A stretch of DNA of 64,000 nt from Podarcis cretensis (lineage: Eukaryota). The stretch is from assembly GCA_951804945.1 (NCBI GenBank), contig OX638160.1:37448001-37512000 (forward strand), written 5' to 3'. Of the stretch, positions 24,275-37,300 are shown one piece after another; within the stretch, counting starts at the first letter, position 1; every line of letters begins with the position of its first letter. Made by a program: the position numbers and the translations under genes. Under the pieces are notes generated by a model, which was given only the letters and a program-made list of their open reading frames with translations, was not told the DNA's origin and searched no databases.

Positions 24275-25803
24275 TTAATGTCTGACTTGTCGCATCGATT
24301 TCAATGGCATCCAAGTGCAGGTACCTTAGGTTGGATTCAACCCAGATTTCAACGCTCCTAACTTAGAGTTGCCTGGGCATCATATAATTAAAACACATCC
24401 CCGCTCCCCCCAAGAATCCTTGGAACCATAATTTGTTAAAGGTGCTGGGAACTGTAGTTCTCTGGAGGGGTAAACGACAGCTTTCAGGATTCTTGAAGGG
24501 GGGGTAATATGTGCTTTTAAACGGGGGGGACGACTACTGCTTATTATTCATGAAACAGGCAAAAGCACCAATGAGCTCAAATGGGGTCAAAGTATGAAGT
24601 TAAGAGAACTTGGCGGCCTAATCCTCCTGGGCCGCAGCATGGCCAAAGGAGTGAGTAAATTAAACTGCTCTGGGGGGAGCTGGCAATTAGCAGAACTGCA
24701 AAGCTAACATTTCCCTCAAAGCAGGGCAAGAACAATATCTTCACACCTACTCCTCTTTCTCAACCTAGCCAAGCCTGCGCGTCAGAGATTGTCTCTGCCC
24801 GGAGAATAGCACTTCTGTCTTAGGTGTCCATCTGTCCATCTGTCTCTCTTGTAATGGAAGTGTAGGGAAAAGACACTACTTTCTCTTTCTGAAACTTTCT
24901 CTTTCTGTCTTTTTTTTAATGTCTCTTCTCCGCATACTATAAATCACATCCAAAACCTCGCAGTTCTTGTTTATTGGTCTTCCCGGTCGGTTCACGCTGA
25001 GGTTGCCCGGTGAAATGGTGTCACCAAGATATTGATCTGTATATTTCTGTAGTGAACAAGCTAAGCAAACCGAGGGGCACTTCTCTTAAAAGGAAAGTAG
25101 GGGGGGGAGCAGAGTTTCAAGCTAGTTCTGTAGCATCTGTTGGGCATGAAAGACTTGGACCAGGAGTGTTGGAGCTTGTAGAATCGTCTGGAGGCCTGCG
25201 GGGATCATTTCACACGCTCAAAGTTAGCAAATATGAGCCTGAAGTTTGAAGATGGGTTATGTGTATTGGGGGGGGGGGAGAGAGACGAAACGGTCCTTCG
25301 CAATCCTCTAACCCTACACAGCACCACGTACACACACACCTTTCTGCTTACAAAATTGGGGAAAATCTAGACAGCATGAGATGGAAACCAGCCAAATCCC
25401 ACCAGTCTGGGCCTTCCTCCCTTCTCGTTCCCTTACATACGGAAACCCATCTCGTCCTGTAGCTGCTGCAACCCAAAATGGCCAGTCCCTTCTCCAGGAA
25501 TCCACGTGGCAATCCCTCTTCGGCATTGGATGGTGGCCATGGGTGAATCCCGAAGGCAGCAATAAAATAAAAACGCAAACAAACAAACCTGCGCCGTGCA
25601 TGCCACACCTCTGAGTGGGAGGAAAAGGCAAGCAGCACTATTCTAGCCCTCCTCCCTTGCTTGTTTGTGGTTGGGACCCCTTAGAGCTTAGACCTTCACG
25701 CCCGACTGTTTCAAGGACTGGTATTTGCATATACTCTGTCTAAAACATGAAGGCGCTTCCACCTTTAGGATCCAGAGCAGCTTTCTTTGGTAATATGCAA
25801 TAA

Positions 25804-25805
25804 GT

Positions 25806-25865
<60 letters not shown>
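25804..25865. repeat. Compound (TG)n(AG)n microsatellite
   Basis: Directly visible. Confidence 0.95.
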
Positions 25866-25868
<3 letters not shown>

Positions 25869-25984
25869 GGGGCAAGAGGAGTAGATTTAGGTCCAGCAGC
25901 TAGAAAGAATCCTGCCTATAAAGGTCAAGGGTTTGATGGGTCAGTCTGCTTCTCTTAAAAAAACAATTAATGGGATAGAAAATT

Positions 25985-26001
25985 TGTCCTTTCGGTGAAC
26001 T
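25985..26001 (-). promoter_or_regulatory. DR5 RARE 3' of HOXA4
   Basis: Minus strand AGTTCA ccgaa AGGACA, about 2.9 kb downstream of the HOXA4 stop; same form as the known group-4 3' neural RARE. Confidence 0.8.
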
Positions 26002-27130
26002 CTCCCCATTGCCCTCGCACAAACCAGGACAATGGTCGGGTGTAGTTTTCGAACTTATTGTTACATCGATTATGGCAGCCAAGCTAAAAAAAAATAAAAA
26101 AAAATCGACACCTACATATCACAGTGAAGCGCCCTGCGTTTTCAAGGGGAACGGCATAAACAAAAAAACAACAACCCCAAAAATCAAATAAAAACATTAC
26201 CTTGAATGATGGTGATCTGCCACGTGCATTTTCCAGTCTTCCTTCGGTTCTCCACCCAGAAATTATACATTTTCATGGCACAGCCAAGCGACTGTGTCTT
26301 TCTACATGAACCCATTTTCCCCAGGAAAATCCTTCGTGTCTTCTCAGACCTTTTTCCAAGAGAATGCCTTTCAGAATCGCTGTTGAATTACAAAGAAGTA
26401 TTTATTGTAGGAGGTGATTAATGATTCCTAGTAAAATTGCTATTTTCAGCGTGATTTCATTTCGGGCTCTCCCCACCCCACCCCCCCACAATGGAGAAAG
26501 AGGGGGAGGGAAAGGGGGTTGCTCCAAGCGTAAGACTACGGAAGTCAGGGAAGATCCGCAGTCATACTTCAATACTAATCATTGATTTAACAGTTTGGGA
26601 CACTCCTCTTGATTTTCGAGCGTCAGTGAATTTAGCAGAAGAGAATTCTCCAGAGCAGACCAAACAAAGACTTTAGACAAAAAGAGGTCCATGTTAACAG
26701 GGAGGAGAGGGGGCGATATTGTTTTCCAGCCTATTCTCTTTTATTTCTTAACAACAAACAAACAAACATGCGGGACAGGGCACTTCAAGGATATAGTAAA
26801 TAAGAAAGGAAGTCCTTTGGGGTGGTTCAGTTCGACGCACACTTCCAGATCATTCACAGCAATGTTTACTTCTCTTTTGCACGGCAAGTGAGACCATAAC
26901 TTTTCAAATGGCGGTGTCACCCTTCCCAGCTCAATGGACGAAGGATACATTTAAACTATCTGCTTATGCTTCCACGGCAGTTCTGTCTGAGCTGTCTACG
27001 GGCTTTGGGACTCAATGAGCCATTTAAGTCTCCAATATAAACCAGCATCGGATTATAGTTCTGGATATCAGAGAAGGCCCAGAACTGTATTCCACTCTCC
27101 AGGAGGAGACTGAAGAATTGCTACTTATAA

Positions 27131-27221
27131 GAGTGCAACTCTAGACACACTTACCTGGAAATAAGCCTCACTGTGCAACAGTGGGACTTGCCTCGGAGTA
27201 AACATCAATGGGGGTGTAGAG
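27131..27221. mobile_element. ~90-bp hairpin-like interspersed repeat copy
   Basis: taa|gagtgcaactctagacacacttacctggaaataagcctcactg...cagtgggacttgcctcggagtaaac. Confidence 0.55.
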
Positions 27222-28919
27222 TTAAATTAGCAACTTTCACCTGTACTTATTGCATGGGTTGGTTAAGCTGTTTAGAAGACCCCCCCCCCCAATGAACCTC
27301 CATGTCAAGGGCATCATCTGGCTTTACCAGAATGTTTTGGGTGTGCGGCTTTAACGCTTCCGGTTTGTTCCCCTGCCAAAGAGCGGTGGGCCATTGCAAC
27401 TTGACCCTCTTCCCCCCTGTGGAAAGTTGCTGCGGCTGGAATAAACCAAGAGGTCACTACTGATGCTGCAATATGTTTAAGCATTGATAGTGCAGTGTTA
27501 CTCTTACTGCTATTATTCCCTTCATTCTACTGGATTAGCCCCGTTTCTCTTCACGCAAGGCGGGAAAGAGCTATATTTCCCCAATGGTGTAGGCAGAGGA
27601 CACATGTCATGAATGAGAATTTGGGGGGATGGACGCCTTTCTTGTTCTACACACAGTGGACTGTATCCTGTAGAAGGAGTGGCTAAGCCGAAGCGCCTCC
27701 TTAGGGAAATGGGTAGGCTGCGCAGGACGATCCACAACTCACTTAAAACTGGGTACTTGGATGGCAGCCTATTCAGCCCATCTACAACGACACCCCCCGG
27801 CAACCTGTTTCAATGGGAATTACTCCTAACTCTCTGGTTTCCATAGGAGCTTTGGTCTATGGTCCTATGTGGAAGCCAGCATCATCTAAAACGACGTGAC
27901 TTCCTGACACGTAAAGTGGTTAGGGTGTTTGGGAAGGAGAAACGTTACTCCTTAACAAAACTAATTCGACTATAATGCAGGTACTCGGCCTCTCCTAAGG
28001 AATGGGTTGAACAGCTTGTACACATGACATCCTCGAGAGTTTTCATGTTTATGTCAACAAAGTCACATTCTAGGCAAATGCACGCTTCTCACGGTGTGTC
28101 TAGTGCCTTAAGTTTTATTTTTGTACAGAGAGGTGTGGTTTTGTTTTATTTTATTTTATTACCAGCACTGGACATTATATATACATCACACATTCACAAA
28201 TGTGTACACATAGATTTCACAAACTGTACACGGACGTTTGACTATGGCAAGACACAAAGACAGAAATAGTCTTTATAGCAATATTGGTGTACTTTTCTTT
28301 TTCTTTCTTTTTTTTATAAAAAAGTAACAAATGCACCGTCGGGGGAGGATAATGTATCACGACTACAGCAGAGACTACACTTTTTTGTTCTTATTACACA
28401 GAAAACATACTTTCTTGGTCGGTAAGGGCTGGAGGGTGCTGGGGTCTCTGGGCATCGTCCCCACTCCAACTTCCAAAATACTTCCACGTCATAAGATGGC
28501 TTTGCTTCTGTCTGTAATTGAGAGTCCACGAATGTTCCACGAAATAAGACAAAGTCTATGATTTACACACACATGTCACAAAGTCACTGATTAACATATG
28601 TTGACACCTTAAAACATATCTGCAAAGGGTCCTTCTTAGGTACAGGATCCATCCTCAACTCTTTAATGATGCTGCAGGTGGACCGTATTTCCATAAATAA
28701 ATTAAAAAAATGAAACATGGTGGGAATGGAAAGGTCATATTTACAGAAGGTGAACACTTTGTCCAAGGTGTTTGGTTTTGGTTTTTGGTTTGAACACACG
28801 TGCCCTGTGACTGGTTCTTGTTCTGCATTTATGCCCCTTAATATAGTCCCTATGGCAAATTAAATCAGGCAGGAGCGGGACGTGTGATGGGTTAGGGTGT
28901 CCCTGCGTCTGTCGGGCCA

Positions 28920-29254
28920 TCAGAGCGCTGCTGAGTTTGGGGTCGTCCTACCCCTGGGCGGTGGTGTCTGATGGTGCTGTGCTGACGCTTTGGCTTGCTG
29001 GCTAAGACTGGAGGGGTTGGAGGAGCGCATCTTGGTGTTGGGCAGCTTGTGGTCCTTCTTCCACTTCATCCTTCTGTTCTGAAACCAAATCTTGACCTGG
29101 CGCTCGGAGAGGCAGAGCGTGTGCGCGATCTCGATGCGTCGCCTCCTGGTCAGGTAGCGATTAAAATGGAACTCCTTCTCCAGCTCCAGGACTTGCTGTC
29201 TGGTGTAGGCAGTTCGAGACCTTTTGGGCTCGCCTCCAGTGTAATTGGGGTTGA
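28920..29254 (-). CDS. HOXA4: Homeobox protein Hox-A4, coding exon 2
   Basis: Acceptor ctcag|TC AAC CCC; [69 protein letters not shown] (QVK and KMRS are typical of A4); TGA at 28922-28920. 335 nt. Confidence 0.97.
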
Positions 29255-29504
29255 CTGAGCGTACACAGGCGCGCACACACACGCACACACACACGCACGG
29301 ACACAAAGGAGAAGAAGGCAACGGAACATTATCATTATTATATAATAACTCGACACTGGGTTTAGATTAGCCACAGAAGCGGGGAAGAAAATGGTTCACA
29401 GGCTCGTGACAATAGGAGACAATTGGGGAGCCATAAAAAATGGTGACGGGCATTTGGGTTCAAGAAAAGCTTCAAAGAGACGTGGCCCAGAGCCACAGGC
29501 AGGG

Positions 29505-29570
29505 CGATTAAATTTATGGGGACTATAATTACTGCCCTAACAGTTTGGCGTCTCGTAAATCTCTTGATAA
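29505..29570. promoter_or_regulatory. HB-1-type homeodomain-site cluster in HOXA4 intron
   Basis: ATTAAATTTATGGGGACTATAATTACTGCCC...TCGTAAAT: clustered TAAT/TTTAT/TTTAC motifs at the known group-4 intron element. Confidence 0.7.
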
Positions 29571-29765
29571 AGGGCCCCGAGTACAAAAGGCTTCTCACGT
29601 GTGCGTGCGCGCTTTTTTAAAATTAGGAAATGCGCCAGCACACACACACACACGTATATGCACACAACCTCGGAGTCCAGCCTAGCCCAGCCTCCTCCAC
29701 CTCGCCACGCACATAAACACATACAAGCCATCCCGGCTCCCCTTGGAAGAAGGTGGTCAACTCAC

Positions 29766-30447
29766 CCGTGTTAACGTGGACCTTCTTCATCCAAGGGTAC
29801 ACCACCGGCTCCTTGCCTTTCAGGCCGGGCAGGCTCTTGTCCGGCAAGAGCGGGCAGGCAGGGATTCCCCCGGGCGCTGTCGCCGCCGCCGCCGCTGCTT
29901 CGCAATGGCGCTGGTGGGGCTGAGGCGGTGGCGGGACGTGGCCTTGGAGCAAGGGCTGGCTCGGGGCATGGTGGCCCTTCCGCGCGGGAGTCTGTGGAGC
30001 AGGCGGTGGCGGGGGTGGCGGCGGAGGAGGCGGTGGCGGCGGCGAGGCTCCGGGAGGCGGCTGCTCCTGGCCCGGAGTGGCGCTGAGGCTGCTGTAGCCA
30101 TAAGGCGACTCCGGGTAGTGGTGGGGTGGCTGCGCGGGGTACAGCGCCTCGGGAGGAGGAGGCGGAGGAGGCGGCGGCGCTGGCGGCTGGTATCCGGGCT
30201 CCCTGCTCGGCCGCTGGTAGTAATCGGGGAGAGGTTGGCCGGGGTGAGCCTGGTGGTGCTGCTGGCGCAGGTGCTGCTGCGGCTGAGGGTGGTGGTGGTG
30301 GGGCTGTTGATGGTGGGGCTGGTTCTGGTGGTGGTGGTGGTAGCTGCTCCCGCCGCCGCCGCCGCCGCCGAGCTGCGAATATTCCTCGCAAGGAGGGAAT
30401 TTGGGCTCGATGTAGTTGGAGTTTATCAAAAACGAACTCATGGTCAT
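29766..30447 (-). CDS. HOXA4: Homeobox protein Hox-A4, coding exon 1
   Basis: MTMSSFLINSNYIEPKFPPCEEY start (ATG 30447); KEPVVYPWMKKVHV; donor ACGG|gtgagt at 29766/29765. 682 nt; joined CDS 1017 nt = 338 aa. Confidence 0.96.
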
Positions 30448-30519
30448 TAATTTGTGAAGTGCAAAAATACTAATTTTTCTCGCGTTGTCGTTTTTCTGGG
30501 CTCGAGGAGGCCCCTCCCC

Positions 30520-30712
30520 TCCTCCCCCTTCTTCCTTCCTTCCTTCCCTCCCTCCCTCTTTCCTTCCTTCCCTCCCTCCCTCCCTCCTCCTCCTCCTCCT
30601 CCTCCTCCAACCCCCCTTGCTGCTGTTGTCAAGCGCCTGCTGCCAAAGTTTGGGCCTCCGCTCCCCCCTTCCTTTCCAATTCCCACCCCAAGAGCCTGGA
30701 ACACACGCGCGC

Positions 30713-30755
<43 letters not shown>
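30520..30755. repeat. Polypyrimidine (CCTT/CCT)n tract and (CA)n repeat in HOXA4 5' region
   Basis: Visible at about 30520-30608 and 30717-30753. Confidence 0.9.
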
Positions 30756-32530
30756 AGTGCCACCCCCACCACCTGACCGGCAGGGCCAATTGCTACGCGG
30801 TTGGCAGAGCCCGGATCAGGAAATGAAACGCTGGTGGACAAGCCCAGGACGGTCCCTGCCTGCCTGTCTTGCCTTTCTCGCGGCAGAGGCAAGGAGAAGC
30901 TGGAGATTCCTTTCTGCGCGCTCCAGACAGCGGCAGTCAGAACCGAAGTCGGCGCAAGCGGCCTAACTAGAGAATTAGGCCGAGAGGAAAGCCTCCGGGC
31001 CATGCAGCTGTGGGCGAGGGGGCTGCTGCTTTGAGCGAGTTTCCCCAGTGAAAGCAGCGAGGGATCCTTGCTTGACATGCTAGGTCACATAAAACTAACC
31101 ACGCACGGTCCTTACCCCTTAAAACAGCTATGTGCTACTTAAGGTCAAGGTGGTTTAGGCAGTGATCTGGGGCAGCCGAAAAGTGTATGTCGCGGGAGAC
31201 GTCCTTGTGTGCTATCAGGATGAGGGAGCCAAGGGTAGTCCTTATTCCGGAATAATATATCCTCCTGAACACAAGCTGAGAGTTTGCGCATGTGTGCTAT
31301 TTCTGAACACAAGCACCAGGCCGTGGGTAGCAACAGTGTGAGCAAAGTGACTGAGCGCCAGCATTGTATATGTATCTGAAACCGAACATCAAACGCAGCG
31401 TACGGTTTCGCTCTCTGTATCTCCAGCCCTTACCAAGTCATGGAAAGCAAAGGAAACGCCGTGTCCTCCCGAGACATAAAAGGGCACCCGAGATCGCGTG
31501 GTTTCGGGGGCATCAATGAGTGATTGGACGGTAGCAGTGCAATCAATGAGACCAGTCGATCCTATGAAAACAGAGACCACCTAATTGCAACTAGCTATTT
31601 GTTTCTCTCTGATACCTCCCGGGGGCTTTTAAATGTTGCTCTTTTACGATAATTTAATTATTTTTAAAATCTTCCACCCCGTGGCAAATTTGGAGCTGCG
31701 GGGGCATATCATTAAATAGAGAGGCCAATATAAAAATACTTTCTTTTTAAAAGGTGAATAGATTTTAATCAAAACCTCCAGCAGACTAGAGAGGCAGTTA
31801 AGATCAAGAATTAAGCCCATTCACATGCCTAAATAAATAAATAAAGCTATCTAGTCCCCAGGAAACAGTATTTCCCTTTGAGAAAGGGAGAGGAATTGGT
31901 TATTTAAAACAGAATACACTGTTATCTTTCACAAGTACCGTAAACATTGCAGTTGAGCGTCGTGAATAGTCTTTACGACTTGTGTTACGATTGCTGGAAA
32001 TTGATCCGTTTACAAGACAGGAAGGAAAAGGAGGCGATGGCCTGACCTAGGGGGGTAATTGAAATCTGGACGTTAAACTAGCCTTTATGATAGTATATAT
32101 TAATTCAACCGCTTGGTAGGTCTAGTGACCCACCTTCGTTTTTAATATTTGAGCCTTTAGGGACACACCCATTTAATTTAATATAATATAAATATTAGTT
32201 AAAAATAATAAGAATTTGGAACTTGATAAAATGCTGCTCTGCCCTCTTCCCAAAGAACCAGTTTAGTTTTAAGAAAAAGATCCATAGAATAGGTGTTCAT
32301 TCTCATCGTGATTATTTCACTCGAAGTGTGGACTGATGACTTTTTCGGTTGTATCAACCGTTCATGGCGCTCATGTGGATGACGATTGCATCTAGATTAA
32401 CCAGCTACAATTCTTTGTGTATAAATGTGTGTCAGTGCGCTCAATAGGTCCCATTTTTATGCTCTCGTTGAATTTCCCTTCTTCTTCTCTGTGCGTCTCC
32501 CTTAAACTGCTGAGACCTTGCTCCACGATA

Positions 32531-32540
32531 ACAATAATAG

Positions 32541-32591
<51 letters not shown>
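32531..32591. repeat. (AAT)n microsatellite
   Basis: Directly visible, imperfect at left. Confidence 0.95.
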
Positions 32592-32593
<2 letters not shown>

Positions 32594-34374
32594 GTGCTGG
32601 TTTCCAGATACTATCGGAAATACCTCCGTCCTGGAAATAGCAAGAGCCCTCCCCACCCCCACCTTGTACATCTCCAGTGGATACTCTATGTATGCAAAGC
32701 TTTCTCGAATGCACCATACACTGTGGAAGCAAATATGATGCCACTGGCGAGTGGCAGGCCGTAAAACACTCGCAGACAATGCGGAAGTCAAATAGCAGGA
32801 TCCAACACTTGGCTTTTTAACGCTGATTGCGCGCCTATGACATTTGTAGGAATGACAACCGGCTCCAGTCCCGTTTTATGGTTTCACGGAATAGTAGACC
32901 GGGATGCAAAGCTGTCCCTTTGGGGAGGTCTTTTGCCACTTACAAACAGCAACAATTAAGCCCATGGTTTCGTGTTAAACGGCTAAAGCAAAGGCGCAGG
33001 GTTTTGTTTCGCTTTTCCCTCCCCTTTTCTCGCACACGCTGAAATGGACGGTGCGATTCTGGCACAGAAACACTGCAAGATGCACCTCTGACATAAACAC
33101 TATCAATTTCCCTTGAGATAAAGCGGTGCCCTTGCATCTGAGGGCGATAGTAAATACCAGAAAACCACCAGGCGTCAAAACCGCAGGGTTTTTTTTCCAA
33201 AACAAAACAAAAAAAGAAAAGAAACCACAACAAAACAAGGAAAGCAGGTACCTTCTCTCTTTTTTGTCTGCTGATTATTACCTTCGGAGAACGTCCCAGG
33301 GGCTGTTTAATATTAGCTCTTCTGATTGTATCTCAGAGCCTGGTCTGTTTCCCCCTGGTCAGCTTTCCACTGGGTGTCTCCTTTGCTCAGTTGCAACAAG
33401 CAATGAATACGATTCTAGAGCTGGGGCTGTAAATCTCCAAGGTGACCTAAGCTGCTCAGCTGCGGGAGCAGCCAGGGTTTCTCTCCCCCCCACCCCCACC
33501 TCCATGGGATTCTATCAGGCTGCAGAGATGGGCCTGTTCCTCGTCTTTGCGGTTTACATATCATAAACAAGAGCCCAGCCAAGACCACCAAGTTGTTATC
33601 TCATATGCGGCGGTTTCCACGTTCAGCCTCCCCTCCCGCTCCCTCCAGAGATTTATGGCTCCGCGGAGCAAATCCCGGAACGAACCTACACCGAACCCTG
33701 AACCCTGGCCTCCTGAAACTGCTTCAGAGCATCGCCTATCTTTTTTTTTAAACCACATACATTTCAGTGAGGGGGATTTCAGCACCAAGACCTCATCATC
33801 ATCACAAATCAGGGGAGGCTGAAGTTTAGCAGCTAACCAGTGAAGAACGTGGAAGATTGACCGAAATGAAAGTTGATGGCAAGATAAAATCCAAGGTTCC
33901 CAAGAAACAGGAGCCGGTCTCAGAACTGGAGCAAACCAAGTAAATGGATAAGCGGAGAGTGCCAACCCCGACTAGCAAGTTCAGAGTGTAAATATAGATG
34001 TGTGTGCGCGCGCATCGCAATCTTAGGTTGCGCTTTTATAGATAATCTATGCAATTAAACTTTCCAACATGCCCACGCGCCTGGGAGGGAGAGAGGGAGC
34101 GAGCGAGCAATAGAGACGCGGGCGGGAGGGGGGGGGAGGCGGGGTGGCGGTGGAGAGCGACACCCGGCAGCCTGGCTTGAATTTGATTCGAGGCATTTTG
34201 AATATATTTAACCCAGCTTTCACTCTTGAATGCAAGCCTGCCCCAAGTTTCAAAGTGACCGAAAAGTGACACCGGGCGCATTTTGTTTCTTATTAATCTT
34301 ACACATTGACAGTCTTTGTTAAATAACAAGGCGTGCCCTTCACAAAGCGACATTTTCATATTTGTTAGACGCGC

Positions 34375-34391
34375 TGACCTGAAGTTCACCT
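34375..34391 (-). promoter_or_regulatory. DR5 RARE 5' of HOXA4
   Basis: Minus strand AGGTGA acttc AGGTCA, about 3.9 kb upstream of the HOXA4 ATG; matches the mammalian Hoxa4 upstream RARE as I recall it. Confidence 0.82.
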
Positions 34392-37300
34392 CGGCCTTGG
34401 ACTTAGGGGGTTTTTTTCTTCCCCTTCCGAGGTCTTTAAGAGCGTCTTTAAAAAAAAATAGCAAGGGGCAGAGGGAGGCTCTGGGCAGGTCACTTATTCG
34501 CAAATGGGGAAGGAATCTTAAGGCGGCCGTGCGAGAAAACATGTAAACGTTGTGATAACGCAGCGGCTGCGTTTATCCTAAACTTCCTTTGAATCAGCAA
34601 AAGGTCCTCCCAGGGAACAGGATGGTGTGATGGAGTTCCTATGGAGTTCATTCTTGGGACAAGAGGTTGGGATGTTTTCCTTCCCCACCATTCCGAAATA
34701 TTGGTGATTTTATTTATAAGGATCTAACTCGTGTGTGTACGTGTGTGTGTATTTGGCAACTGGACTTTGAGGTCCTGGTCGTCCAGGACCGTAAATAAGC
34801 ACAATTCTAAAGAAGGGGAAGATGGGGCGATTGGCATCTACATTTGAGGCTGAGAAGGCTAATCTTTTCAAAGGTCACGTTACGCACCAAGTACCAGTGT
34901 CTGTGCTGCGCTAGAGGTAGGACCCTCCGACTATATGGGTATGACTCCGATCAAAGCAACAAAAGCCCACTGTGTCGTTTTTATTTTTACCTTTTAAAAA
35001 AATGAATGAATAGAAAACGACTTGAGAAGGCGATACTTCTTCCAGATGCTCTTTGAAGCCCTTCTGGAAATATTCTGTATTTGAAAAAACTTGTCCCTAC
35101 TCCCACCCCCCGCCCAAAATTCCACCTTAAATGGAAGCAAAATAAATTGGCACTAGGAGTCCTTGAGAAAGAAAGCCAGGTTTCGCTTTGCTACTTTCCA
35201 CAGAGATCTTATTCTCTCTCTTTTTTTCTCCCTCTATTTTTTTTTTTTAGCCAAGTTTTTCAGGACAGGCGGAGTCAAAGAAGTGTTGTCTTCGGAACAG
35301 TCTCCCTGGTCCTCTGTATATAAAAGGGACGTTTAGGCAAACATTCCGCCTTGCAATGTTCATGCTTCCTATAATTAAATTTCCAAATAGGCAATGCAGT
35401 ATTTCAAGGGTAAAACCGAAATAGCAGAGGCGTGTTTTTAACAGTGTGTTGTGAATAGCATCCCCCTCCACCTTACAATGGTAATTTCAGTGCAAAAGCA
35501 CATATAGGAGACACGGGGGGACGGGGGACGTTGCAAGATAATTTTCAAGAGAAGGTCGCTGATGGAAAACCAAAAGACATTGCAAATATGTTTCCTGGAA
35601 TCCCAATGTCCTCGCCTTATAATTAAAACTATTTCTTGTCGAACGGGGAGGTGTTCCCTAGTTCTTTGTGTATTTTCAAAGCATTGATAAAGCCTTCTAA
35701 TAATAACTTGCTTACTTTCTCCCGCACGTTATCTCTGTTTCGACACCTCTGAAAGGAGCAATCTCTCCTACGTATTTGCTTAGTAATAAACCACTCACTG
35801 GATCTTTCTGAAATATTCTGTATTTCTTAGGACTGAAAAACGCACCTTCTCGGATTAAAAAAAAAATACACAAAAGAAACAAAACATCTGGCAACACAGT
35901 GAAAACGGAAAATCCATCTCAGGAAGCAATCCTACTCATAGCTAAATAAATAATGCCTACTTCCCTATTTGAAACAAATAGTTGTTCAGATACAAACACG
36001 CTTTGGGGGGAAAAGAGGACAAAATGAAGCTTCATTGTGGCTAAATAAGGCGGCCAAAAGGGTGAAGCTATATATTTCTTATTAAACCTATAACCCTAAA
36101 GGATGAGGGGGGGATGCAATTTGCATAGGGTCATCCCTTAACTTTCACTCAGAAAGACAGCATATCTGGACTTCTCCAGTATTGTCATGTTTGAATTTTA
36201 TACTCCTGCGGTATCCGGCAGTGAGATGGTCATCTCAGTCTACTCGTTTCCTCAGATATTGCTATCACCCAGCGGGCTCTCTTCTGGTACCCACTGGGCA
36301 GTTAAGAACTCAACTGGCACCTCACTGAGCCTTTTGGGAGGGCTAGCTGTGTTAGTCTGCTGTAGCAAAACCGAACAACACACACACACACACACACAAA
36401 CAGAGTATTGTGGCACTTAAAAGCCAGACAATTGTACTATGGCGTACGCTTCTGTGAACAAGAGTCCACTTCGCTGAGATTCAGAACTATTAAAATCCAA
36501 TGGAAATTTCCGATGGACTCTGATAGGACTCGCACGAACCTTTAAAATGCATTGGTGGTGGTGCGTGTATGCGCAGTTGCGGGGGGGGGGGGAATGTGCG
36601 CCCGCATTCACCTGATGCATCTGCCAGCCAACGATATTCAATGGGGGAAATGTGGTTGATAATTCAAGATGAAATACAACGTGCATTACTCTTTGAAAAG
36701 AGGGATTTTCTATCCTTTCCTCGGTAATTGAGGTCATTCAACCACTAGAGTTCACCTGGAGTCCATACTATGATACACGCCTAACTCAAAGCTATTTTAT
36801 CTTTTGTGTTGATAGTCAAGATCTTGGCTATAACATTGACATCAAACTCTGTCTGGGCTCATGACTAAGAGTGGCGCACAACGTAAACTTTTGACCCTCA
36901 ACTTTTTGACCTAGAGTTGTTACGCCCTAACCACAGAGATATACAAAAGCGGAGCAGCTCCTATCTCCTTAAAAGAATCTCCATCTCTCTTGTTTGTTGC
37001 CATCAAGCCTTGACTGTTCCCCTTTTCGCTAAGATTTTAAGGGAATGCAGTTTCTGCATGGCTGTTTGTTTGGGGTTTTTTAAAAAAGAGAGCAGCCTCA
37101 ACGGCTTCCATCACTGAAACCGAATTCTAAAATCAAACGCAAAGCCCAGACACCAGCGTGGGAGATTAACTAGATTATACTGAAAGGAGCGATGTGCTTT
37201 CCATTGGTAGATGTGTAAATTCTGGATGCGAAGTGGGGCGCAGTGACCGGGCAATTTATCCAGGCTGGCCATTGTGCCATCTTATTTATTTAATAAAGAC

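Noticed and set aside
24989-25005. GGTTCA cgctg AGGTTG as a DR5 RARE
   Set aside because: Second half-site has two mismatches.
29743-30473. Long antisense and alternative-frame ORFs over HOXA4 exon 1 (likewise over HOXA5 exon 1)
   Set aside because: Shadows of GC-rich, repeat-coded exons; low-complexity products.
30448-30789. In-frame N-terminal extension of HOXA4 (388-aa ORF call)
   Set aside because: No ATG upstream of MTMSS, and the frame runs through CA and CCT microsatellites that lack stops by composition.
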